Part shown: in pieces, positions 13,404 to 26,880 of the stretch
How positions within the stretch are numbered: position 1 is the stretch's first letter
Layout of the letters: each line of letters starts with the position of its first letter
Assembly: GCA_951406725.2 (NCBI GenBank)
Contig: OX597825.1
Location: 69,936,001-70,000,000 of the forward strand
Source: Octopus vulgaris
Taxonomy: Eukaryota
DNA length: 64,000 bases
Direction: 5' to 3'
Made by a program: the position numbers and the translations under genes
The notes under the pieces: model-generated
Told to the model about the DNA's origin: nothing
The model's input: the letters and a program-made list of their open reading frames with translations, nothing else
The model's database searches: none

Positions 13404-14451
13404 ACATAAATACACACACACACACATACATACATACATACATACATACATACATACATACATACATACATACATACATACATACATACATACATACATA
13501 CATACGTACATACATAAATATATACATACATACATATATATGAAACTGTGGAATTGCACCTGTACTGCTAGATTTAATTACTTCAGTATGTATGGGAGAG
13601 AAATCTTGACAAATTTCGATGTCGTAGGACCTCATAACCAACCACAATCTTCACCAGTTTTGTCGAAGTATGATAGCAGAAATAGCTACGTTTTTGTCCT
13701 TCTTATGTCCTTTAACAAGGAACATAAGATTAATGATAATGTAATACTGGCTTTCATCTGCCGCATAATTATCTCTAGTTAGCTTTATTAATGATCCTCG
13801 CATTAAGTGACTTAACAGGAACATAGCTGCGTACATTAATTTACTTGTCTTATGTGAATTTGGGAAATTTCATCTCAAACAGAAATCCTTTGTCCAAAAG
13901 TTTACAATTTATGTTAGAATTATTATTCATATAAAAATGATTTTGGGTATTAAGGAAATAATTTTATCATACGTGAAAATCTTTATAGCAGACAAATAGC
14001 TTAATTAAATGTCTATGGCGAGTAATTAAAATGATTAATCGATGCAATTTTTGTCAATATGAGCATCATTATCAGAAACATAACGGAGAAAATACGAGTA
14101 CAGCCCCCCAAACACACACACATTAAAACACTCTCCTCCCATTTCTCTCCCCATTTGTCTCCGTCTCTGTCTGTCTGTCTGTCATTCCTTTTGTATGTCT
14201 GTCTCTTTCTCTCTCTCTCTTTCCCTATCTGTCTCTTTCTTTTGAGCTATTTATCTATATCTCTACGTTCGTATCTTGCCATTTCTCTATCGGCATATAA
14301 CCCTCTTTATCTTTCTGTCTATCCACAAGTTTCTGTATGAGATCTTTTGTTTTTGTTCCTCACACTCTCCTTTCTTCTCTCTGGCGTATCTATTTATCGA
14401 AGTGCCTATACATGTGTGTGTGTGTATGTGTGTGTAAATGTGTAGAGTATA

Positions 14452-14676
14452 TATTTCTTTACTGCATGCAAGGGGCTAAACATAGAGGGGACAAACAAGG
14501 ACAGACAAAGGGATTAAGTCGATTAAATCGACTCCAGTGTGAAACTGGTACTTTATTTATCGACCCCAAAAGGATGAAAGTCGACCTCGGCGGAATTTGA
14601 ACTCAACGTAACGACAGACGAAGTACCGCTAAGCATTTCGCCCGGCGCGCAAACGTTTCTCCCAGCTCGCCGCCTT
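14452..14676 (-). mobile_element. SINE family B (B1 tail)
   Basis: Reverse complement of the family B consensus, ending CCAGCTCGCCGCCTT. Confidence 0.9.
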
Positions 14677-14984
14677 TTTGCATGGTGTATAGTATATTAT
14701 ACATATGTATATAGCCATGTATTCTAGGTCTAGAAAACACTATCGTTCAAATGGTTCTAACTTAGACTCCAATGTTTTTACGAGGAGCCAACTCCGCGGA
14801 TTAAAGTTTGTTTTTTAGAGGATACCAGGTGAGCCGATAAGGAGGTATTTCGGCGGATAAGCGAATTCAAAGTAACAGCTTTGGTTTGATATACAAAATA
14901 TATTTTGTGTGTATACATGCAAACACAAAACAAAGGAAAGACTGAAGATTTTAGATTACGAATATTTATGTATGTATACACCCC

Positions 14985-15050
<66 letters not shown>

Positions 15051-15263
15051 ATTTATATATTAAGAGATCAAACTTACACAGAATACAAACTACAGGGAAA
15101 CTCTAGGGGAGGAGGTAGTGCACGTATATATATATATACATATATATATATACATACATACATATACACATATACATTATATATATACGAACATGTATAT
15201 ATACATATATATACATACATATATATACATATTCGTACATATACATATATACATATATATATA

Positions 15264-15332
<69 letters not shown>

Positions 15333-15513
15333 CAAAATTAGAGAATGGAGAAACATACTTAAATCAATAAAACATCAACTATCAGATGATACCCAATCAA
15401 TACTTTATTACACCATTACATATCAGTAAAGGCATTATACAAAATATACAGTAATTGTAAATAGACAAAGAGATATAAGTATAAAATTTCAAATATAATA
15501 TGTAATTAAATCA

Positions 15514-15628
15514 AATCTGACAGCTGTTTCGGCAGCGAGGGCAGTCATACCTCATTTAACCTATAAGCCATAAAGGCAGGTATAAATGAGGCATTAACAA
15601 GGATGCCCCACGGCCTCTTCAGAGAATT
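15514..15628 (-). ncRNA. Type I hammerhead ribozyme, canonical core, long stem II
   Basis: Minus strand: tct-CTGAAGA-ggccgtggggca...tgcctcatttatacct...aggttaaatgaggta...tgccctcgctgcc-GAAAC-agct-GTC-aga. All core nucleotides are present; stem III is the palindrome ACAGCTGT. Confidence 0.85.
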
Positions 15629-15966
15629 AAATATGTTATAATTGTGAAAAAAATTATTTATCCATATACATATAAATATAAAAATATAAAAATGTAAAAT
15701 ATAAAAACTTATGCATAAACTTCATAATGCTACACTTATATAATATAATACTCATTGGTACAATAATGCAAGGTAAACAGAACAAAATAAAACAAAATAT
15801 ATATCAGTGTATATATTAATATTAATAAGCATAGTTATTATACATATTTGGCTAATAGTTTTTTTAAAAAAAACTAACACATAGGGAGATGAAAAATAAT
15901 AATTAAAACCATGGTTCAGTTCATAAAATTATAAAGCTATAAAAGTCAATAAAAATTACTATTAAT

Positions 15967-16006
<40 letters not shown>

Positions 16007-16084
16007 GATACAGTTATGTTTGCACCAAGTCCATCCTTTCAAGATCGAAATAACTATGAGTTTAGAGATTCTGACCACTAGATA

Positions 16085-16125
<41 letters not shown>

Positions 16126-16130
<5 letters not shown>

Positions 16131-16336
16131 TCCAAACATGAAAACACAAAGAAAAAACACAACAACGCGAGGACGTGGAACAAGTATAATGTTATTGGAC
16201 GCTAAGGAAAGGAAAGAAAGAAGGGGGATTTAACGATTCGAGCGAAACTCTTCGTCAGAAACATAGAAAAAGGAAAGATCCAAGGAAGGGAAGACGGAGG
16301 AAAAAAAATCGCCAACGATACACACGCGGTCACATA
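16126..16336 (-). mobile_element. HHR mini-element family C (HHR at 16228-16262, GAAA mutated to GAAT)
   Basis: Aligns with copies at 18159, 23757 and 24733; abuts (TA)n. Confidence 0.85.
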
Positions 16337-16687
16337 TTGAATGACCGGAAGGGAATGGGTGAAGAAAAAGTTCTTTCAAAGACAGGAGAGTTCCAGAGAA
16401 GGAGGTCTGTGTGTGTGTGTATGTGTGTGTGTAATGATACTACCTGTGTGTGTGTGTGTGTGTGGTTGTGGCTGTTAATCTATGTATGGCTGAGGCTAAT
16501 ATCGTTTATGGTCATATATATATGTACATGCACTTGAGCAGTACCTATCAAGAAGTGAGCTATAATTAAAGTTTATTTGAGTCGGCATTCATCATAAAAC
16601 CAAAAGTTACTATTACATTAATAGCGACAGATGCAATTTTAAATACAATCAGCAATCTTTATCTCCAACGTAATCGTGGATTTTATA

Positions 16688-17007
16688 TTAGAGCTGAGAA
16701 TACTGCGTTACTTACCTCGAGAGGGTGTATCATATGAACTTGTGGTGCAATAAAGAACTCGTATTTATATCTCTGACGGACAAGAACCGCATGTTATATC
16801 TACAGAAATTGCTAGATCACGTTATTTCGCCTTATAACAAAATTGTAAAGACAAATAATTCACTGGGATGGTTTTTCACGTTTGTAATCTTCAGTGTCTA
16901 ACTTCAGCATTCAAGAACAAAATTCACATGTAGATGCAGGAAAAACTCTATGTTGCCTCTTTCCCTGTAAAAGTTGTAAGGTCGTGTCGCTCGGAATCAA
17001 ATGAAAT
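16688..17007. repeat. ~320-bp dispersed direct repeat, copy 2
   Basis: See 13079-13403; adjoins the Helitron remnant. Confidence 0.92.
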
Positions 17008-17342
17008 TCTCAAGATGAATAATTTGTTAATGGCTTTCATTTCTGTGAATAAGCAGTCGTAGCTATAAAGCTTATGTAGGTTCCATTTAAACGTCTTATT
17101 CTACGTTTCGAATATCTAAAAGTTGTCATGGAACATTTTTTAATATTTGATTGATGAAGAACCATCTTTGACAAATTTATTCAATCAAAAGTGAATAGAG
17201 AATTATTTTATTGCTTGCTCCTCTCATTCGTGATTTTACATTGTAACGTCACCAAGAATACAGTTTGATAATTAATGTTTGAGTATTGGTGTAATTATGC
17301 TCCGTGTTTTAAGTTAAATTTCACTGAATCTTTATGTATTTC

Positions 17343-18050
17343 TTATTTATTTAAAACGCCAAGCGTTTCCTCTGAAAGTATATTTTCGCTTGTTACATTT
17401 CTTTCGACACTTACATCATAAGGACCTTTAATACTACTTGCATGCATCGTTACACCGCTTTGTAGAATTCTATCGCCAATTTCAATTTTTAAGAAGCAAC
17501 ATAGAATATAATTCTTGGCCAGTGTGATATGATTTAGCTGATACTCCTGGTTTATCAATAGATAAGAATAAATAACTATCCATTAATCACCCTTCTTATC
17601 AGTTACTTCATTGATAAAGAATTCAATTACTACTCAACATCTGACATTAAAACCCTCCACTCTTCTTTCATCTCCATCTGGTTTGTGTAGTTCTTCCTCC
17701 TGTGTGAAATCATATAAAACAATTAAAAGATCGGAGATTCCCAATATCGAAAACTTCAAGACAGATTAATAGCGTATTTTCAATATCTTTCAAGCATTTC
17801 TTTTCTGCTATTTCCAAAGAATTTCATTGGCTCATGTAATCTTACATGTGCTTTCCTTCTTTATCTTGCTGTGACTTACACCAGCTGCTGTCGATTATCT
17901 AAAGAAAATAAGAGTAAACAAAGGTCCAACAATGCAACTAATCCATTTTTCTCCATTGCTTCTTAAATTTAGTTGTTCCGCGGCATCTTTAAAATTCACA
18001 TAAACAACTTCACCCATTGTGCTACTTGCTCCTCTCACATGCAGCAGCAG
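17343..18050 (-). pseudogene. Helitron Rep/helicase remnant
   Basis: LHVRGASS..GEVVYVNFKDAAEQL.L...W..C...LFTLI matches the Helitron motif LHVRGxTSFEDLRTVxGxxYxTFxxA; downstream AEKKCLKDIENTL. The lower boundary is uncertain. Confidence 0.65.
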
Positions 18051-18084
18051 CAACAACAACAACAACAACAATAATAATAATAAT

Positions 18085-18158
<74 letters not shown>

Positions 18159-18163
<5 letters not shown>

Positions 18164-18367
18164 TAATCCAAACAAGAAAGCACAAAAAAACACAACAACA
18201 CGAGGACGTGGAATAAATATAGTACTATTGGACGCTCAGGAAAGAAAGAAAGAAGGCGGGTTTAACGTTTCGAGCGGAGCTCTTCGTTGGAAACATAGAA
18301 GAAGGAAAGATCCAGAGAAGGGAAGACAGAGGGAAAAAAATCGCCAACGGTACACACGCGGTCACAT
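18159..18367 (-). mobile_element. HHR mini-element family C (HHR at 18260-18294, core mutated to CCAACGA)
   Basis: Family alignment; abuts (TA)n. Confidence 0.85.
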
Positions 18368-18383
18368 ACAATATATATATCAT

Positions 18384-18474
18384 TGCTGCATATAAAAGGA
18401 GCAACTAGCTTCGAATATCTGGGCGCAATGGATGAAATTGTTCATGTGAGTTTTAAAGACGCTACGGAACAACT
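18384..18474 (+). pseudogene. Second Helitron fragment, inverted relative to 17972-18047
   Basis: Translates LHIKGATSFEYLGAMDEIVHVSFKDATEQL. Confidence 0.65.
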
Positions 18475-18569
18475 ATATATATATATATAAATATATATAT
18501 ACAGTTGAGTCGCCATGAGAGATCGGTAGACACTACACACATTTGTTTTCTCTCCTTGTTTCTCATAAG

Positions 18570-18815
18570 ACAGACGAAATACCTATTTCTTTACTACTCA
18601 CAAAGGGCTAAACACAGAGAGGACAAACAAGGACAGACAAACGGCTTAAGTCGATTATATCGACCCAGTGCGTAACTGGTACTTAATTTATTGACCCCGA
18701 AAAGATGAAAGGCAAAGTCCACCTCGGCGGAATTTGAACTCAGAACGTAACGGCAGTCAAAATACTGCTAAGCATTTCGCCCGGCGTGCTAACGTTTCTG
18801 CCAGCTCGCTGCTTT
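18570..18815 (-). mobile_element. SINE family B plus start of a second unit
   Basis: Family B consensus; junction GACGAAATACCTATTTC at ~18574. Confidence 0.88.
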
Positions 18816-19984
18816 TCTTCAGTGTATATTATCGTATTGCATGGAAGACGCTAAATGTAGTGTGTGCGTCTAAGTATGAATGTATATGAGTGTGTGAGTG
18901 GAGAGTGTGTGTTTATGTGGTTGGTTGGTTGGTATTTGGTTGCTAAGTTGGTTGGTTGGCTGATAATTTGATTGGTATAAGAATATGCACAAAAAGTCAA
19001 AGCAAAGATACAAAGATCTACATTGATAAAAATTCAGAGAAAAAGAAAAAAAACACCAGTAATATTTATATTAGAAAATGTAAAAGAACTATCAGAAATA
19101 TATACATATGAAAATCAGAAACTAGATGTAGTAAGTGATGAAATAAAAAGAAACCATTCTGCTGCAAGAAATATTAAAAGGGTGGACGATGTATGTAATG
19201 ATACATTAATTAAAAATGATACAATAATTAAAAGAAACACCTCGGAATAACTTACTTTTACTTATGAATATCTAATAATAAACTTAATTAATTAAAAGAA
19301 TACAATAGAGTAAAAAGTAACGCGTCACGATGTCGTTAAGTTCAGTTTTTAAAAGTGTAAATTTTGTTCTGTATTAATTATAAAAATAAATTGATTCTAA
19401 TGAGGCAAAAGCTAATAATATTTAAAAAAGAAATAAAATTAATCATATAAAAAATATAATTAATTCTACTTACCACTTTCTAAATTCTAAAGAATGTGGC
19501 GCTAATTATCGACAATATTTTCAAAAAAGAAGTAAACATCACAAATAATCATATATACAAAATGACACATGCAAAGAGATATTCATTTTTCGAATTTCTA
19601 AAGAATATGAAGATAAGTAGTAATAATTTTCTTATAAAAAGAGAAAAAAAACAAAAGAGAATTCTTTGCATTTAATTATATAAAGTTATTAAGTACGCAT
19701 TTTACGTTCTGCTTTTGTAGTTTCCTGTTAATTTGTTGCTGCTCGTATTTGAGATGGCAGATCGACCGATTGGAAATATGTTTTGCTGCACCCAATCAAA
19801 TTGAACTTGGGTTTTAAATGCTTAATTTGAATCACGTGATAGTTGCAGTAAAACGCAACTCCAAGTGTGGTTTGCACAATACAGCTTATTGCATAATACT
19901 ATACAAAGAAACCCTGGCTATTTATTTGGTCAGTCATATATGGATCTCGGTCAGAACTTCCGATCATATTTGTTTGCTGAATTG

Positions 19985-20375
19985 TTCATTTCAATCATTT
20001 GACTATTGCGGCCATAATGGAGCACCGCCTTGAAGGGTTTTAGTCGAACAAATCGACCCCAGGGCTTCTTTTTTATACCTTGCACTTATTTTATCGATCC
20101 TTCTGCCAAACCGCTAAGTTACTGTCACGTAAACACACAAACACCGGTTATGAAACGCTGATGTGGGGCAAACGGGGAAATAAAGACACATAAATAGATA
20201 CACACACACACGTATATATACGATGGGCTTCTTTCTGTTTCCGTTTACCAAATCCATTCATAAGGCTTCAGTTAGCCCGAGGCTATAGTAGATGATACTT
20301 GCCCAAGGTACCACATAGTGGGACTGAACCCGGAACCATGTGGTTGGGAAGCAAGCTTCTTACCACACAGCCATA
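19985..20375 (-). mobile_element. SINE family A
   Basis: Reverse-complement match to the 7843 copy across head and tail. Confidence 0.85.
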
Positions 20376-21296
20376 CTTGTTCACTTGTTCGAGTAAGTCA
20401 CTACAATCCTTGAACTAGTGACTAAGTGACTGAATATTCCACAGATAAATATACCTTCATTGTAATTCTCAGACGGAAGCAGAGAGGTACATTTTATTCG
20501 AGGTACAATCTTACTAATGGAACTCTACGCAGTTTCTGCTTGTTTAATTTGATTTGCTATAGCAAATGATATTTACTCAAGATGATATGTGGCAGAATCG
20601 AAAGTGGCACCTCATCATTGCGAAGTGAACTTTTTAACCATTCGGTGATTCTGCTTATACAAATGTTCGAGCATGACATTTCGCAATCTGCAAGACGTGT
20701 AAGTTTGTAGGCGTATATTTAACTTCCGCCGAGGTCGGTTTGCTTTCCTGGGTCGATAAAGACAATCTGAAACTTGCCCAAATACTATAAAAGCTGTATT
20801 TGGTGAGCGAGCGTATGTTTATTGTTATTAAGAACTGATGATGTCTATTTGCAGGGATTAAATCGTAATTTATTGTGAACTGGCTTAATTATATCTCCGG
20901 TGTGTGAGCAATGAGGTTTATCCATCATCCATTAGTGTAAAGTGGCGTTGGTTTTCATTTTAAAATTGATGAATTAAAATTTATGAATCGAAAATGCCAT
21001 CATGGACATTCTAAAATAGCTGTTTGGCGCTCGAAATGATGGAAATAATGTGAAATAAATTTAGAAACAAATGCATCATGAAGCCGATAGAGGCTCTCAG
21101 AGCTGCATCCCTCTGATTGATAACCAAACGTTCTGTTTTACCAGATACCCACATAATAACAGACAACTGGCCTTCGTTAACCTCGCTGTTCAAACATTTC
21201 CCTGTGGGCAAGACAGTTATTTATTCATATTTTCAGATTCATGCACACGAGAAATTTAAGGGGATATGGTCGATTACCAAATTAAAATAAAGATAT

Positions 21297-21714
21297 AGGC
21301 ACAGGCGTGGCTATGTGGTAAGGTGTCTGCTTCCCAACCACATGATTTTGGTTTCAGTCCAACTGTGTGTCGCCTTGGGCAAGTGTGTTTTGTAGCGTCC
21401 AAAGCCTTGTGAGTAGATAGAAACTGAAAGAAGCGCGCCGTATATATATTATATATTTCTTTGTTTACTGACTTGTTCGTTTCAATCATTTGACTGCAGC
21501 CATAATGGATCACCGCCTTGAAGGGTTTTAGTCGAACAAATCGAACAAGTGTGGCTGTGTGGTAAGAAGCTTGCTTCCCAACCACATGGTTCCGGGTTTA
21601 GTCTCACTGTGTGACAGCTTGGGCAAGCATCATCTACTATAGTCTCGGGCTAACTAAATCCTTATGGGTGGATTTGGTAGATCGAAACTGAAAGAAGCCC
21701 GTGTGTATATATTC

Positions 21715-21786
<72 letters not shown>

Positions 21787-22018
21787 GTGTGTGTGCCGTT
21801 GTGTCTGTGTTTGTCCTGGCACCACCACTTGGCAACCAGTATTGGTGTGTTTATGTCGCTCTAACATTAGCGGTTCGGGAAAAAGAGCGATAGAATAAAA
21901 ACTAACTTTAAAAAAAAAATGACCTGAGGTCGATTTTTTCGACTAAAAGCCTTCAAGACGGTGCTCCAGCATAGCCGCAGTCAAATGATGGAAACAAGTA
22001 AAAGAATAAAAGAATAAA
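21297..22018 (+). mobile_element. Cluster of SINE family A pieces (partial 21297-21440, inverted tail ~21470-21545, full 21549-22018)
   Basis: Family A motifs present in both orientations. Confidence 0.8.
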
Positions 22019-22488
22019 GGAAGATACAATGAATTTCTGACGACTTCTATTGTTAAGTATCACCGAGAGTTTTTTTTTTTTTTGGCAATTCATGTACAAC
22101 AGCCACTTTTTAATGTTCCAGATAAGATATTAGTACAAGTTAACGACGGTTAAAATTCATTCTGAAATTGATGTTGCTAAGTTCATTTTTTAGCGTAGAA
22201 AATAATTACCAATTTTTATATTTTCAAACACTTAAATACATAATAAAGCTGCCGTCTTGCAATTATGTTCGAACATTCTGTGCGCTGGCTTTAAATACTG
22301 CCAAGGTGAATTTGTTTCTTCATCCTTTCAGGAATGGAACAAACAAAAATGTACCAGCCCAAGGTGGTGGAATGGCAGAGTTGTTAACGTTTTGGGCGTG
22401 TAGCTTTTCAGTACCTGTTCTGACTCTTTCTTATCTGAGTTCAAATCGAGCTAGATTACCAGGAAAAAAAATTACTATCACTTTTGAC

Positions 22489-22795
22489 ATGGAGGTGCAA
22501 TGGCCCAGTGGTTAGGGCAGCGAACTCGCGGTCGGAGGATTACGGTTTCGATTCCCAGACCCGGCATTGTGTGTGTTTATTGAGCGAAAACGCCTAAAGC
22601 TCCACGAGGCTCCGGCAGGCTGTGGTGGCGACCCCTGTTGTACTCTGTCGCCCTAACTTTCTCTCACTCTTTCTTCCCGTTTCTTGAGTAACGCTGCGAT
22701 GGACTGGAGTCCCGTCTAGCTGCGGGGAACACATACGCCATAGAAACCAGGAAACCGGGCCCATGAGCCTAGCTAAGCTTGAAAAGGGCGCATAA
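22489..22795 (+). mobile_element. tRNA-derived SINE family E with tail 1
   Basis: TGGCCCAGTGGTTAGGGCAGCG...GGTTTCGATTCCC head; tail GAGTAACGCTGCGATGGACTGG...GAAACCGGGCCCATGAGCC. Confidence 0.88.
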
Positions 22796-22944
22796 ATAAA
22801 TAAAAATCGCTTTTGACAGGACTGTCGACCAAAAGATACGATCTGCAATTTGAAAAAACAAATAAGACCATGGATTCTCATAATTTCGCAAAACTGATTG
22901 CCACCACAGCCACCACCGTTAGGAGAAATCTAATCTTCAGGCTT

Positions 22945-23250
22945 GTGAAAGCGCATGGCTCAGTAATTAGAGCATCGGGCACACAACCATGAGGTAGTGA
23001 GTTAGATTCCCGGACCAAACTGTATGTTGTGTTCAAGCCACTGTATTTTAGGTTGCTCCAGTTTACTCTGCTGTAGAAATGAGTTGCGATGTCACCGGCC
23101 GTTGTCTTCCTCTTGGACAGCATCAGTGGCGTAAAGAGGGGAGGCTGATATGCGTGGTTGACAGCTGATTTTCCATAACCAACTTGTGTCTCGGAGGGGA
23201 ACGTTCTAGGTGCAATCCCATAGTCATTTATGACCGAAGGGTGTCTTTAG
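22945..23250 (+). mobile_element. tRNA-derived SINE family G with tail 3
   Basis: Matches the reverse complement of 23945-24272 and 42003-42334. Confidence 0.75.
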
Positions 23251-23314
23251 TCTTCAAGCTAGGTTGTTGTAAGCTTAATTATTTTTCATTATTATTATTA
23301 TTATTATTATTTTA

Positions 23315-23756
<442 letters not shown>

Positions 23757-23761
<5 letters not shown>

Positions 23762-23925
23762 TAAATCCAAACATGAAAACACAAAGAGAAAATACAACAA
23801 CGCGAGGACATGGAACAAATATATATTATTGCACGCTCAGGGAGGAAGAAAAGAAGGAGGGTTTAACGTTTCGAGCGGAGCTCTTCGTCAGAAACACAGG
23901 AAAAGGTACAGACTCGGTCACATAT
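23757..23925 (-). mobile_element. HHR mini-element family C
   Basis: Family alignment; flanked by (TA)n. Confidence 0.85.
23861..23895 (-). ncRNA. Minimal hammerhead ribozyme motif, intact core
   Basis: Minus strand: gttt-CTGACGA-a-gagc-tcc-gctc-GAAAC-GTT-aaac. Stem I gttt/aaac, stem II gagc/gctc, stem III palindrome ACGT (dimer type). Confidence 0.8.
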
Positions 23926-23944
23926 ATATGTATACATATGTATA

Positions 23945-24272
23945 CATATGGTTCCGAATGACCATGAAATTGCACCTAGAAAGTTACCCTCCGAGGCACA
24001 AGTCCGGGCAATGTTGTTTATGGAAGACTAGCAGTCGCCAATGCATACCAGCCTCCTCTCTCCATGCCACCGATGTTATCCAAGGGAAAGGCAAAGGCTG
24101 ATACATCTTGGCACCAGTGACGTCGCAACTCATTTCTACAGCTGAGTAAACTAGAGCAACGTGAAATAAAGTGTCTTGTTCAAGAACACAACACGCAGCC
24201 CGGTCCGGGATTCGAACTCACAATCTCACGGTCGTAAGTTCGACACTTTAACCACTCAGCCATACGCCTTCA
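23945..24272 (-). mobile_element. SINE family G with tail 3
   Basis: tRNA-like head GGCTGAGTGGTTAAAG...GTTCGAATCCC, CORE-like TGTGTTCTTGAACAAGACACTT. Confidence 0.88.
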
Positions 24273-24539
24273 TATATATATATATTTATATATATGTATG
24301 TATATATGTATGTATGTATGTATGTATGTGTGTATAGGTTATGAGAGGTAATGGTGTCAATAAGACCCAAATGCTGAGTATATGCTATGGATAGACCATA
24401 GTTAAGCTCCAGGTTCGGTGATTATGCGAATAAGGAGTTCAACGTAGGTCATATAATTTCATGTATATACATAATTTTGTTTTCAGAATGAGATAAAAAA
24501 ACAAGGCTGTAAAGAGTTTAGAACATTTATAAATAGAAG

Positions 24540-24587
24540 GTCTTACACCTGTTTCCAGGATATTTATTATATCTCTTCATCGGAGAC
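24540..24587 (-). ncRNA. Hammerhead ribozyme motif, variant core CCGATGA
   Basis: Minus strand: gtct-CCGATGA-agagatataataaatatcctg-GAAAC-aggt-GTA-agac. Stem I gtct/agac; stem II gatat/atatc. Confidence 0.7.
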
Positions 24588-24732
24588 GGTGTAAGAAAAT
24601 GGTTAAACATTAGTTAATTTAGATAAGATATGAAATAGAGGGTGAAGTGTAAAAATGAAAATAGATGTGAGATATGCAGGGATATTGCATTTGTAGATCC
24701 ATCATATAGGCAGAATGGTATATATATATATA

Positions 24733-24919
24733 AAGTTAATCCATACAAGAAAACAAAAACAAAAAAAAAACAAAAAAACAACAGCGTAAGGACGTGGAAC
24801 AAATAAAGTATTATTGGACGCTCAGAAAAGATGGGAAGAAGGAAGGTTTGACGTTTCGAGCGGAGCTCTTCGTCGGAAACATAGGAGAAGGAAAAATCCC
24901 GAGAAGGGGAGACAGGGGG

Positions 24920-24920
<1 letters not shown>
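24733..24920 (-). mobile_element. HHR mini-element family C (HHR at 24846-24880, CCGACGA core, GTC triplet)
   Basis: Family alignment; flanked by (TA)n on both sides. Confidence 0.85.
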
Positions 24921-24990
<70 letters not shown>

Positions 24991-25638
24991 GATAGATAGA
25001 TAGATGAATAGATAGATTGATAGATAGACAGATAGATATACGATGTACCTCTTTCAGTTTCCATCTACTAAATCTAATTAGAAGGCTTTGTTCGACTCAT
25101 GGCTATAACACAAGGCATTTGCTCAAGTTGCTACACGGCAGGTCTGAACCCGAAACGATGTGATTGAGAAGCAAGTATCTCACCGCACAACCACGCATTC
25201 GCCTAAGTATATTCATTCTCCAACATACTTTAAGCATTTAAGGAAATAGAAATCCTTGACGATCTCTGTCATCCCAATATTGAACTTACAAATGACTAAG
25301 CTTTCGAAGGCCTCTTAAGATGACAAAGTGATGGAGGTTCCTTTATTTACGCTTGAGAATGAAGTAGAAAATAGGGTAAGTTACATTATTTTGCATAACA
25401 ATATTGATGAATATATTTTCGTAACTGATATATCAGGATCAAATTACTGCTGTTGATATCCAAAGACAGCCAACATTAAAATCACCAACATAAACTGTAC
25501 ACTATACCGCATTCGCCATCTTAGTTTCAAGCACCTTCTATATCACAATCGGACCACTCTTTCCAATCCGTGGGCGAACTCTAATCTTCGAACATTATCA
25601 TTCATGCCAAAGATCCAGCATTTACGGGTTCGTTTCCA

Positions 25639-25914
25639 ATAGATACCATTCTCTCCAGATAATGTTGACCTGTGATCGGGAGGATCATCCAAAACATTCA
25701 TTGGGGGAGTGGTGGCTGCTAAACAACAATCGCTACCGCCGTTTTCCCGACTGAATCTGGCAGCGAATGACAACCATAGATACCATCCTCTCCAGATAAT
25801 GTTGACCTGTGATCGGGAGGATAATCCAAAACATTCATTGGGGGACTGGTGGTTGCTAAGCAACAATAGCTACCGCCGTTTTCCCAACTAAATCTAGCAG
25901 CGAATGACAACCAT
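25639..25914. repeat. Tandem repeat, 2 x ~137 bp
   Basis: ATAGATACCAT.CTCTCCAGATAATGTTGACCTGTGATCGGGAGG at 25639 and 25776. Confidence 0.93.
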
Positions 25915-25959
25915 CGGGATCACCACTCCTGTCATGATCAGCAATTTTACGTGTTGTTT

Positions 25960-26595
25960 CACCATTACGTCATCGCCGTCGGTTTTGCTGACGTCATCTT
26001 CTTCTCCACCATCGTCATCATCTCCGTCGTCGTCTTCGTCATTGTCATCATCATCATTGTCATCACCACCACAACCACCACATGGTAGTAGCAGCAGCAT
26101 CGTCACATCATCATCATCATCCTCATCATCATCATCATCAACACCATGACCATCAGCATCATCATAGCTTCGTCATCACCGTCGTCGTCATTGTCATCAT
26201 CATCATCATCATCACCATCACAACCACCACATGGTAGTAGCAGCAGCATCGTCACATCTTCATCCTCATCATCCTCATCATCATCATCATCACCATGATC
26301 ATCAACATCATCATAGCTTCGTCATCACCGTCGTCGTCATTGTCATCATCATCATCATCATTGTCATCACCACCACAGCCACCACATGGTAGTAGCAGCA
26401 GCATCGTCACATCATCATCATCATCATCCTCATCATCATCATCATCACCATGATCATCAACATCATTATAGCTTCGTCATCACCGTCGTCGTCATTGTCA
26501 TCATCAGCAGCAGCATTATTATTATTACCACATCTATCACCACAGGCAGCACCATCAACAGTAGCGTCATCATCATCATCGTCATCATCATCATT

Positions 26596-26635
<40 letters not shown>

Positions 26636-26757
26636 ACAACATCATCATGGCCTCGTCATCATCGTCGTCACTGTCATCATCACCATCATCATCATCAGCA
26701 GCAGTATTTTTATTATCCCCACATCTATCACCACAGGCATCATCATCAACAGTAGCG

Positions 26758-26807
<50 letters not shown>

Positions 26808-26880
26808 GTCGTCGTCGTCGTCATCATCATCGTCAACATCATCATCTTCTTCATCCTCTCTCGATCATTATCAATATCAC
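25960..26880. repeat. Imperfect (TCA)n array with higher-order units
   Basis: ACCACATGGTAGTAGCAGCAGCATCGTCACATC recurs three times about 150 bp apart within TCA repeats. Confidence 0.9.

Noticed and set aside
19023-19250. 75-aa K/N/I-rich ORF
   Set aside because: Composition is explained by A-rich DNA; no motif, and stops in neighbouring sequence.
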